A stretch of 13,454 bases of DNA from an uncultured bacterium (GTDB lineage Bacteria > Acidobacteriota > Thermoanaerobaculia > Multivoradales > JAHZIX01): assembly GCA_965368975.1 (NCBI GenBank), contig CBDUPA010000049.1, positions 1 to 13,454 of the forward strand. The letters are read 5' to 3'. Made by a program: the position numbers and the translations under genes. The notes beneath the pieces were generated by a model that saw nothing but the letters and a program-made list of their open reading frames with translations, was not told where the DNA came from and searched no databases. Below, piece after piece: positions 1 to 7,464 of this stretch (position 1 is its first letter; each line of letters opens with the position of its first letter).

Positions 1-116
1 TCAGGATACGCCACCTTCATTTCTGGGCTCATACACAACTTCCGACCATAGCTCCTGCAACGTCGGTCTTGAAGTCAACGTCAAACGCGCCCGCCGCGTG
101 AACCCGGTCGTTAGGA
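1..116 (+). repeat. attC-like integron cassette recombination site (left end outside window)
   Basis: Ends in GCGTGAACC-CGGTC-GTTAGGA (L' box, 5-nt spacer, GTT core at 110-116). The core GTTAGGA is complementary at 6/7 positions to the inverse core GCCTAAC (793-799) after the next gene, as expected for one cassette. Confidence 0.55.
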
Positions 117-140
117 AAGCATATAAAAAAGAGGTGTCCT

Positions 141-785
141 ATGCCTAAGAAAATCTACAAGGGATCGAACTGGCTAACTGAAGAAAGAGCCGGTAGCGTT
201 GATGATGACGGAAATATCAAAGAGGGCTCTAGCTGGCTAACTGAAGAAAGGGCTGGTCGCATTGATGACGATGGTAACCTACATAAAGGTTCCAACTGGC
301 TAACTGAAGGAAAAACTGGAAGAATCGATGACGATGGAAATATATACGAGGGATCTAGCTGGTTTACCGAAGAGAAAGTGGGTCGTATCGATGACGATGG
401 AAATATATACAAAGGATCAAGTTGGTTCACAGAGGAAAAAGTAGGGCGCGTCGATGATGACGATGATAGTGGCTGCTTTCTAACAACTGCTTGTTTAAAG
501 TTTGCGGGGCACGCGGATGACTGTTGCGAACTCAACACCCTTCGGCGCTTCAGGGATGATTACGTCGCAAAGTTGCCTGACGGCAATAAGATGCTTGAAG
601 AATACTATAGCAGTGCTCCAAAGATTCTGACGAATATTGCCGGCTCCGATCTGGAAATGAAGATCCTGGGCAATATCTACTCAAGCATCAAAGAAGCAGT
701 AGCACGCATCCAAGCGAGCGATAATCGCGGAGCTTTGATTTGCTATCGCGATATGTATCGAGAACTATCTGAGAAATATGGCTAG
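141..785 (+). CDS. Tandem-repeat protein with C-terminal CFI-box-CTERM-like domain (gene cassette)
   Basis: RBS GAGGTG before ATG. Five 21-aa repeats, then GCFLTTAC...DDCCELNTLRRFRDDY...G..ML.EYY..AP.I, matching the CFI-box pattern (CFI/LxTA...LRxFRD...YY..P). Confidence 0.85.
   Translation: MPKKIYKGSNWLTEERAGSVDDDGNIKEGSSWLTEERAGRIDDDGNLHKGSNWLTEGKTGRIDDDGNIYEGSSWFTEEKVGRIDDDGNIYKGSSWFTEEKVGRVDDDDDSGCFLTTACLKFAGHADDCCELNTLRRFRDDYVAKLPDGNKMLEEYYSSAPKILTNIAGSDLEMKILGNIYSSIKEAVARIQASDNRGALICYRDMYRELSEKYG
153..467 (+). repeat. 5 x 63-bp coding tandem repeat (consensus IYKGSSWxTEEKxGRIDDDGN)
   Basis: Read directly from the translation. Contiguous units with many synonymous differences and no spacers. 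Confidence 0.95.
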
Positions 786-792
786 TAATTTC

Positions 793-843
793 GCCTAACA
801 AACGGCTGCAGGCGACGCGATACGCGCACGACTGAGCCAGGGC
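793..843 (+). repeat. attC site with missing or degenerate R' core
   Basis: R'' GCCTAAC (RYYYAAC) 7 nt after the stop. L'' GGCTGCAG (804-811) pairs with L' CTGAGCC (832-838) with one extra G. Where GTT is expected (844) the sequence reads TAA. Confidence 0.65.
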
Positions 844-868
844 TAATGTGCTACACGCGAGATAGAGT

Positions 869-1693
869 GTGATCCCGACCATTGACATGCTGCTAGTGAT
901 CGCCTTGCTTTTGCTGTTCACAAAGGCTGCAAATCTACTCCTTCTGCCCCACCAACGGAAAGCGTTCAACGACTGGTTCGATGGATTTACACTTTGGCTC
1001 GACGAGAAGCGACCATTCACTTGGTTTCTCTCCTTGCCCCACAGAGAGAAATGGCATCTCTATCTTGCTGCTGGACTTCCAGCGCCGCTTTTTGCCGCAA
1101 TCGTTCTTTCTTCGTTTTTCGCTGCACGAACTAGTCCAGATCACCCAATTGATGACGGCTCGAAGGCCATTGCCTGCCTGATGGCATGGCTAACGACAGT
1201 GGTCATTCTGAATGCAGTCATTGTAGTCTCTCGATTAGTCAAACCTCGCCACTTGTCCATATTGTTGCTTGCAGCCGGCATCACTGCACCGCACTGGTAT
1301 CGCGGCGTAATGTCATCATATGGGATGTCGTTTGCGTCTCTACTTCGATACTTGTCCGTCGGCAAGGTCTATTGTTATCCCAACATATACTCGAATGGAA
1401 AGCCGCCGTTTTGGATTTGGGAGCCGAATGCGCTCGACAGCGTTGGCGTGCTTCATTCTCTTGGATATGCGATTGCGGGCGAATTCGCTTTCATTCTCAT
1501 GATTGCGGCGCAGATTCTCGTCGCGTTATCCGCCGCGACGCTGGGCATGGTGATTGTGTCTGTCGTCGCTCGAGTCGGTCGCGCAATTGCATGGCGTATC
1601 GCTGAATTCGACAACGGCCCGTTCCTGGGATTGATGGCGTTCATCAGCTTTGTCCTTGGCGTCACACGAATACTGCTATCAACAAGCATATAA
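869..1693 (+). CDS. Hypothetical multi-pass membrane protein (probable cassette gene; start may be ATG 887)
   Basis: 274-aa ORF with about 5-6 hydrophobic segments. Its stop TAA lies inside an inverse-core-like ATATAAC. Confidence 0.6.
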   Translation: MIPTIDMLLVIALLLLFTKAANLLLLPHQRKAFNDWFDGFTLWLDEKRPFTWFLSLPHREKWHLYLAAGLPAPLFAAIVLSSFFAARTSPDHPIDDGSKAIACLMAWLTTVVILNAVIVVSRLVKPRHLSILLLAAGITAPHWYRGVMSSYGMSFASLLRYLSVGKVYCYPNIYSNGKPPFWIWEPNALDSVGVLHSLGYAIAGEFAFILMIAAQILVALSAATLGMVIVSVVARVGRAIAWRIAEFDNGPFLGLMAFISFVLGVTRILLSTSI

Positions 1694-1810
1694 CAATCCA
1701 TGAACAGTAGTTGGCTCGCCTTTCGGTTGCGGTTTTGTCGAGATGAACAAGCAGTGCAAAGTTGCTGCGTTACGGTCAGCCGCCGAACACGCGAATAGAG
1801 CGGCGCCGCA
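1688..1810 (+). repeat. Degenerate attC-like left halves
   Basis: ATATAAC-AATCC-ATGAACAG (1688-) overlapping the stop codon, and GCCGAAC-ACGCG-AATAGAGCGG (1782-). No convincing paired L'/R' halves. Confidence 0.3.
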
Positions 1811-2203
1811 TCAGTTACACGCACGACTTTACGGAGAAGGTCAGTTGAGCGGAAAACCCCACCACATTCCACTGAGTAGTGAACTTGAATCAAGGGGGGG
1901 GGTATCGAGGGTTCCGCGCCGGATAGCGTGAGCCGCGATACGCGCTCTTGAGTCCGGTTTGAAAGCCTGCTGCTGTTGCTACAAGCTCGCAGCGCTACCC
2001 AGTAGTGCCAGGGCGATCAAAGCTACTCTCAAGGTCCATTCCAGTGACCTGTGCCGGGCTTCGGCAAAATGTCCCCGAGATCGGGCGACAAATCCCGCCC
2101 TCCCGGCACGATCTCCCGGCTCGGCACGAACTCGTATGGGCATCCCAGTTCGCGAGTTACTGGAATAGGTACCAAGTCTGACGAGGGTGTCCGCTCGCGG
2201 CCG

Positions 2204-2230
2204 GCGGGGTGGCACCTCCGCGCCACCCGC
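2204..2230. terminator. GC-rich hairpin just downstream of the 344-aa gene
   Basis: GCGGGGTGGC-N8-GCCACCCGC (one bulged G). No clear U-tract on the minus strand. Confidence 0.35.
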
Positions 2231-2237
2231 GTTCTAC

Positions 2238-3272
2238 TCACCTGTAGTGTCCCGCAGCTAAATCTCCAAGAGCAGGAACGCGTTTAGGGAATAGATTTCG
2301 GAAACGGGCTACAAAAGCAGAGTAGTGAGCCTCTGCCTCCTCGTTGACCCCAGCTTCGAAAAGTTGAATTACCTTCGGAATCTGGACCTTGAGACAATGC
2401 AGCAATGATTCTTCGTCAGATAGGCGCTCGCGAGCGATCCGTTCAAGGCGTGATTCCCGCACTAGATTCAGGTGCGTAGAAAGAGTTGTAACGAACTCTT
2501 GAGTAGCGAAGATAATCTCATCGATCGTCGCGTTGTCGGGCAAGGCTATGTGTTCTTCGAGCAAGCAAAGGACGACCTGGTCGTTCGGTAGATCGAAAAA
2601 GAACTTGAGATCTCGGGCATGGATCGAATGCAGATAGACTCTCTTACCAGCTCGTAGGTGAATAGCTCGTTCCATCCAGTCCCTGAATGCATGCCTATCG
2701 CGGATCTCGGCAACGACTACCCGCTCAAAATCACTTCCTTGCAGAACATCGTTTGCTCTAGTAAGCACCTCCTCATCAGTCAGATCCTGAGGCCCTGTAG
2801 TAGTCTTCAAGCCAAACACCGTATAGGCTAGTTGCGCAAATTCAGGCCAAGGGAATTCGCTATGCTTGCGCCGGAAAGCAGGATCCCAAATAAGGCTCTG
2901 GCGTATCCGATCCGCTGACCTGCGAATCTCTGCCAACTTCTGCTTCTCAATCTCTTCTTGCTCATGGTGCTTCGCTGCAGCCTGGGCTTCGGCATCGAGT
3001 AGCGCCTGTCGCTTCTTCGCATGTCTCTCTCTCAGATAGGAGATTCCAAGGGCCGATATTGCTAAGGCTACAAGGATCAATACGATAGTGATCGAAAGAC
3101 TCCGATCACCCGTAAGAGTATCGAGACCTTCAACCAGAGCACCGATAACTCCCAACGCAAGCACCAATCCGACAACGAGACCGCAACCGTCGTCGTCGAA
3201 GGCAGACTCAATCATTGAACCCGCAACAGACAGGACCACAAGCCCACCGAGCAACCACAAAACACATCCCAT
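2238..3272 (-). CDS. Hypothetical membrane protein (3 N-terminal TM helices, coiled coil, helical soluble domain)
   Basis: 344-aa ORF with three hydrophobic stretches in aa 1-80 and a charged A/E/Q/K-rich segment at aa ~82-125. Visibly lower GC than the recombinase block. No family recognised. Confidence 0.75.
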   Translation of the reverse strand: MGCVLWLLGGLVVLSVAGSMIESAFDDDGCGLVVGLVLALGVIGALVEGLDTLTGDRSLSITIVLILVALAISALGISYLRERHAKKRQALLDAEAQAAAKHHEQEEIEKQKLAEIRRSADRIRQSLIWDPAFRRKHSEFPWPEFAQLAYTVFGLKTTTGPQDLTDEEVLTRANDVLQGSDFERVVVAEIRDRHAFRDWMERAIHLRAGKRVYLHSIHARDLKFFFDLPNDQVVLCLLEEHIALPDNATIDEIIFATQEFVTTLSTHLNLVRESRLERIARERLSDEESLLHCLKVQIPKVIQLFEAGVNEEAEAHYSAFVARFRNLFPKRVPALGDLAAGHYR

Positions 3273-3357
3273 GATGGGCTGATCGTATCCCAGAAGCAGA
3301 GCCAGTGCTTGCCTGGCCAGCTAGTTAGCAGTCGAAGGGCAGGTGGGCTACCCGGCT

Positions 3358-3378
3358 ACTTCTGAGGAACTTCTGAGG
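3358..3378. repeat. Tandem direct repeat ACTTCTGAGG x2 (11-bp period), possible recombinase arm site
   Basis: ACTTCTGAGG at 3358-3367 and 3369-3378, just downstream of the recombinase stop. The repeat is certain; the function is inferred. Confidence 0.5.
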
Positions 3379-3389
3379 CTCTGGACAGC

Positions 3390-3409
3390 GGCTGCCAGAT
3401 CAGGCAGCC
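3390..3409 (-). terminator. Hairpin over the recombinase stop codon
   Basis: GGCTGCC-AGATCA-GGCAGCC perfect 7-bp stem. No adjacent U-tract. Confidence 0.3.
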
Positions 3410-4302
3410 AGAGAGGGAATGTCGAGGCTTTTCACAGCTTGCCGCTTGGCTGTCTCGCCTCGCCGATCGTATCTACGAGTTGTGTCGGCATTGGCGTGGC
3501 CGGCGAGTCGCTGGACGGTGAAGACGTCGACGCCAGCGTCCAGCATGTGGGAAACGTTTGAACGTCGAAGATCGTGTGCCGAGAAGTGGTCTACGCCGGC
3601 TTGCTGCTGCCGGCGGCGCAGGATGTAGGCGACGCAACTGCCGCGTAGGCGGGTGTGGCGGACCTCTCCTGTCTGGCGGATCGGGCAGAAGAGCGGGCCG
3701 GGCTCGTCGCCCCGGACGTTGAGCCAAGCGGCCAGGTACTGGCAACCGGCATCACTCAGGTAGACCATGCGCTCCTTGTTGCCCTTGCCGTGCACGAGGA
3801 TGGCACCGTCCTCCAGGTCGACGTCGGCGACGTTGAGTCGGGCGACCTCTCCTCTGCGCAGGCCACAGCCGTAGAGGACCGTGAGCAGAGCGGCGTCACG
3901 TGTGCTCTTGGGGCTGGCGTCGCTGGCGCAGGCACTGAACAACTGCACGATCTCGGGCATTTCCAGGGCGCGTCCTGCCGGCAGCTTCGAAGATCGGACG
4001 TTCGGTACTGCTGCGGCGCGTTGGTAGGTGTCGGCGTCGATCAAGCCGAGCGCCCAGCATTGCTTGAGCACACCGCGCAGCGTGGACAGGACCTTATTGA
4101 CGGTCGCGGGTTGGTAGCGCGCAACCAGGGCTTGCCGTACGGCCATGCCGTCGGCGTAGGTCAGTCGCCACCAGGGGTAGGTGTCGATGGTGTGGCTGGG
4201 ATCGAGGATGTCGACGATCTTGTCGAGGCAGCGGCGCATGCCTTGGCTGCCTTTGGACAGACTGGCCATATAGAGGCGGGCGGGGTTGGCGGTGGTGATC
4301 AT
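3400..4302 (-). CDS. Tyrosine recombinase, simple Xer-like/resolvase type without arm domain (300 aa)
   Basis: Catalytic set GLRRGE (R), GKGNK (K), HDLRR, AGH and RYDRR (Y); core-binding region PATVNKVLSTLRGVLK. Start placed at ATG 4302 after AGGAGAAAGG rather than 4410. Confidence 0.93.
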   Translation of the reverse strand: MITTANPARLYMASLSKGSQGMRRCLDKIVDILDPSHTIDTYPWWRLTYADGMAVRQALVARYQPATVNKVLSTLRGVLKQCWALGLIDADTYQRAAAVPNVRSSKLPAGRALEMPEIVQLFSACASDASPKSTRDAALLTVLYGCGLRRGEVARLNVADVDLEDGAILVHGKGNKERMVYLSDAGCQYLAAWLNVRGDEPGPLFCPIRQTGEVRHTRLRGSCVAYILRRRQQQAGVDHFSAHDLRRSNVSHMLDAGVDVFTVQRLAGHANADTTRRYDRRGETAKRQAVKSLDIPSLAA

Positions 4303-4748
4303 GGTGGGTCCTTTCTCCTGGTGGTTGACTTGAGATGTGAAGCTGGAAAGGAGTGGGCTACGCGTCGTAAGTGTCCTCTTTCTCGTCTCTTGAGTCTCCG
4401 CGTACTCCATGGATACGGGATTTCGCGATAGCTCGTCAACGGGACGGCATCGGAATTCTCGGGGAACCGTTCGGGCAATAGAGCGCCTGGTCCGGTTTGG
4501 TGATCAGGTAGCCAGCGGTGGGAAGGGGGCATGGAGAGCCCTGGAGGGCGTGACCCAGGTCACCTAGGTGGCCTGATACCCGGCAAGGGTGGTTTCAGGC
4601 TGGAGGTAGCCTCTCCACGATGGAGAGCAGCTGTAGAGCTGAGGCAGGGGCTGGGTGGGTAGCCGGAGGGTGGCTACGAAGGAGAACCGCCCCGGCGGGA
4701 GCGGCAAGCAGAGGTAGGAACTCCGAAGTCAGAGGGAGATTGGGTGCT

Positions 4749-5168
4749 TTACTTCTTGGCGCTACGCGCCTTCGGCCGGGCAGGTGGCTTGGCCGGTCGC
4801 TTCGGGCTCTCCTCCACCTTCTCCGGCAGCCGAAAGCCGACAACACCGTTGCCGAAGTCTTCGGCATCGAAGCGCTGCGCCTTCTCGGCGCTCAAGCCGT
4901 GGTGGGCAAACAAGCGCTTGCCATCGACCAGGCGCGAGACGCTGTTGCTCTGCGTGCGCAGACGGTAGGCACCTCGGACACCTTCGGACGCGGCCTTGAG
5001 ACCAACGGCGCAGTTGGATGCATCGAAGCCGAGTTGGACGTGGGTCGTGCCCTTGCCCAGCATCTCGACGGTCGCGGCGGTCAGGACCAGGACACCGCCC
5101 CGGCGGACAGTGATTTCGGCGGTCGCTGCGCTGTCGGTGGTCTTGCCTTCGTAGAACTCGAAACCCAT
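4749..5168 (-). CDS. Hypothetical protein, possibly AbrB-like swapped-hairpin DNA-binding protein with basic P/A/K tail
   Basis: Strong RBS AAGGAG. ITVRRGGVLVLTAATVEMLG..VQLGFD resembles the AbrB beta-beta-alpha-beta pattern. C-terminus is SPKRPAKPPARPKARSAKK. Confidence 0.7.
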   Translation of the reverse strand: MGFEFYEGKTTDSAATAEITVRRGGVLVLTAATVEMLGKGTTHVQLGFDASNCAVGLKAASEGVRGAYRLRTQSNSVSRLVDGKRLFAHHGLSAEKAQRFDAEDFGNGVVGFRLPEKVEESPKRPAKPPARPKARSAKK

Positions 5169-5223
5169 GGTGATCTCCTTGCGGGCTGAGCGACGGCAGC
5201 ATTGCCGCGCTCTGTGGTGGTGG

Positions 5224-5253
5224 GTTGTATTCGCGAACGCGGCGAGTGGTCAA
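5224..5253 (-). promoter_or_regulatory. Putative sigma70 promoter of the 139-aa gene
   Basis: TTGACC-N18-TACAAC on the minus strand, with the palindrome TTCGCGAA in the spacer. Confidence 0.4.
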
Positions 5254-5307
5254 CGGTGCCAGCTCGGATTTCTCGTGGAAGGGTCTTGTTTCCGGCATTT
5301 CGGCGGG

Positions 5308-6462
5308 TTACCCAACGAGAATCTCGTCCAGCCTGTCGGCCCAGCGGGCCAAAGCTTCTGTCTTCTCAGGACTGTAGGAGTGTCGATCGTAGATCACCGT
5401 GACACCGCTCTCGACGTGGTTCAGGAGCTTCGAGACGACCAGCCGAGAGACGGCCATCGACGTCATGCAGGTGGCTGCCGTGCGCCGTAGGTCGTGCGGC
5501 ACGAAGTCGACGTCAGCTTTCTTGGCGATTCGTTCGGCAGCCTTCTGCACGGCGACGATGTGCCGTCCCGGCTTGCGCGGACTCGCGAACACCCACGCTC
5601 CACTCCCAGTCGAAGGACGTAGCTCATCGAGCAGGGCCAGCGCTTGAGGCGCGAGCGGCACGCGGTGGGTGAGGCCGTTCTTTGCGACGTCGGCAGGAAT
5701 CGTCCACCAGGCACCGTCGATGCGCTGCCAGCGCATCTTCAGGACCTCGACGCCGCGCTGTGCGGTCAGAAGCCGCATGCGGAACGTCGCCGCCATCACC
5801 GGGTGCTCGTCGTCGAGGGCTCGCCACAGCCGGCGGATCTCCTCTTCGCTGAGCACCCGCTCACGCGGACGCTCACGCGCCGGCATCGGCACCAGCAGAC
5901 ACGGATTGTGCTCGACGAGGCCGCGCCCGATGCCGAAGTTGTAGATCTTCGAAATGAGCGCCTTGACCCGGTTTGCCATGATCGGCGCGCCACGCGCCAC
6001 GATCGCGTCGAGCACCTCTCCCACTTCTCTCCTCCCGATGCTCTTGGCCTTGCGGCTCTGCCAGTGCGGCAGCAGATCGACGCGCAGCTTACGTGCGTCT
6101 TCCTGCCACCGCCGTTTCTTGGTCTTGGCGTGACGCTCCAGGTAGACCTGGGCCAACTCCCCGAAGGTCACCGACTCTCGTTCGGCGACCTTCTTGACCT
6201 GAGGATCCTCGCCCTTGGCGATGGCCGCCAGCTTCTTGCGCGCCTCGTCGCGGGCTTCGGCCAGACTCATCGCCGGGTAGACGCCCAGGTTCAAGCGGCG
6301 CTTGCTGCCGCTGGCACCCTTGTAGCGCACGATAAACGTCTTGCGGCCACTCTTGGATACCCGCACCCCGAAGCCGGGCAGCTGCTCGTCCCAGTAATCG
6401 GTCATCCAGCGTCCGGCGGTGAAGGTCTCGATCGCGCGGTGGGTCAAGTGGGCTTTGGGCAT
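5308..6462 (-). CDS. P4-like tyrosine integrase with N-terminal arm-DNA-binding (DUF4102/Arm-DNA-bind_3-type) domain
   Basis: N-terminal LTHRAIE...WDEQLPGFGVRVSKSGRKTF...LGVYPAMSLAEAR; catalytic TAQRGVE, KNG, HDLRR, LNH and IYDRH. Confidence 0.95.
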   Translation of the reverse strand: MPKAHLTHRAIETFTAGRWMTDYWDEQLPGFGVRVSKSGRKTFIVRYKGASGSKRRLNLGVYPAMSLAEARDEARKKLAAIAKGEDPQVKKVAERESVTFGELAQVYLERHAKTKKRRWQEDARKLRVDLLPHWQSRKAKSIGRREVGEVLDAIVARGAPIMANRVKALISKIYNFGIGRGLVEHNPCLLVPMPARERPRERVLSEEEIRRLWRALDDEHPVMAATFRMRLLTAQRGVEVLKMRWQRIDGAWWTIPADVAKNGLTHRVPLAPQALALLDELRPSTGSGAWVFASPRKPGRHIVAVQKAAERIAKKADVDFVPHDLRRTAATCMTSMAVSRLVVSKLLNHVESGVTVIYDRHSYSPEKTEALARWADRLDEILVG

Positions 6463-6471
6463 CGGCTGACC

Positions 6472-7461
6472 TCAATGCACCGGCTGGACCTGACACCACT
6501 GCCCGGCATCCGCGATCGTAATCGAGGCGTAGAGATGTACTCCCAGCGCCGCGCCCGCCTCGCGAAGACGGTGCGTGAAGCGCTCGTCCTGTCGGCTCGG
6601 TCGCGGGTTGCCGGAGGGGTGGTTGTGCGCAACGACGATTGCGCGAGCGCTGGCCAGTAAAGCAGAAGCGAGAATCCCGCGGGGCTCGGCCTGAGTTGCG
6701 GTCATTGTTCCGATGTACGGCACGTCCCAACCAATGACGCGAAGCGCACCATCGAGGAAGAGCACGGCCACGGCTTCACGGTCGTAGCTCTGCAGGACCT
6801 GCCAGAGCAGCGCTGCGGCATCCCCGTGAGCGCGGATCTGGGGATAGGTCTGCAGCGGTGCACCTGTCTCGCGTACCAACTCGACGCGCAGGCGCGGGAG
6901 GTTCGGCAGCGAGGTTAACGCAGCTTGCCTCATCGAGCGGATCGGATGGCCTTGCGGAAGGTTCGTGCGGCACGGTCGACGTTTCATTCGATCGGCCGGC
7001 AGCGCGGCAACCAGCGGAACCAGCTCACCTTCGTCGAGCTGGATCTGATCCAGCACCGCCGCCAGCTCCGCACTGGGCCGAAGGTCGACCCAGCCGAAGC
7101 GCGATACCCGTTCGCCGACCTCGAAGCCGACTTCCTGCGCCAGGCTGCGGAAGAGTCGGTTGTGGTAGCCGCGGTGGCAGCAGTCCTTGAGACCGCGCAG
7201 GCCGTTTACCCAGTGCACCATCGCGTGCAGCAGTGCGACCAAGACCTCGGAGGTCGAACCTGTCAAGGCGTGCGCGGGTACGCGCACGCTTTGTGGTCGC
7301 TCGTCGTACTCGTGCCGTGCTCGAGGTGAGATGCCCTCGATCCGCACGCATGACGGAACATGCGCCAGCCCAGGTTCGAAGCGGTCGAGGAGCTGAGCGC
7401 AGCAGCGCTCAAGCTCCTGTTCCGCCCGTGCGACGTCGGTGCCGGTGTCCATACCCGGCAT
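6472..7461 (-). CDS. SprT-like (degenerate HExxH) domain fused to RadC/JAB (MPN+) domain
   Basis: C-terminal DREAVAVLFLD...EPRGILASALLASARAIVVAHNHPSGNPRPSRQD is RadC/JAB. N-terminal LLHAMVH...GYHNRLFRSLAQEVG is a SprT-like motif with E replaced by A. Confidence 0.85.
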   Translation of the reverse strand: MPGMDTGTDVARAEQELERCCAQLLDRFEPGLAHVPSCVRIEGISPRARHEYDERPQSVRVPAHALTGSTSEVLVALLHAMVHWVNGLRGLKDCCHRGYHNRLFRSLAQEVGFEVGERVSRFGWVDLRPSAELAAVLDQIQLDEGELVPLVAALPADRMKRRPCRTNLPQGHPIRSMRQAALTSLPNLPRLRVELVRETGAPLQTYPQIRAHGDAAALLWQVLQSYDREAVAVLFLDGALRVIGWDVPYIGTMTATQAEPRGILASALLASARAIVVAHNHPSGNPRPSRQDERFTHRLREAGAALGVHLYASITIADAGQWCQVQPVH

Positions 7462-7464
7462 CGC

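Noticed and set aside
153-467. 63-bp periodic repeats as a CRISPR or guide-RNA array
   Set aside because: In-frame coding repeats with synonymous variation and no unique spacers.
1891-1930. G9 tract and resemblance to the FGE 3' end as a DGR template repeat or phase-variation tract
   Set aside because: Short low-complexity match, no adenine-specific pattern, and not in a credible gene or promoter.
1743-2287. Small ORFs in the spacer after the cassettes
   Set aside because: No RBS or recognisable motif, mutually overlapping, and coincident with attC remnants and foldback DNA.
816-4499. Scattered 10-12-bp matches (CGCGATACGCGC 816/1935, CTCTTGAGTC 1945/4387, GTCCGGTTTG 1952/4490) and repeated TCGCGA
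   Set aside because: Short, inconsistently arranged and compatible with chance in 13 kb; cannot define an element from them.
3400-6462. Either recombinase as the integron integrase for the cassettes
   Set aside because: Neither shows the IntI-specific insertion before the box II HxxR motif, one has a phage-type arm domain, and both lie at the distal end of the array.
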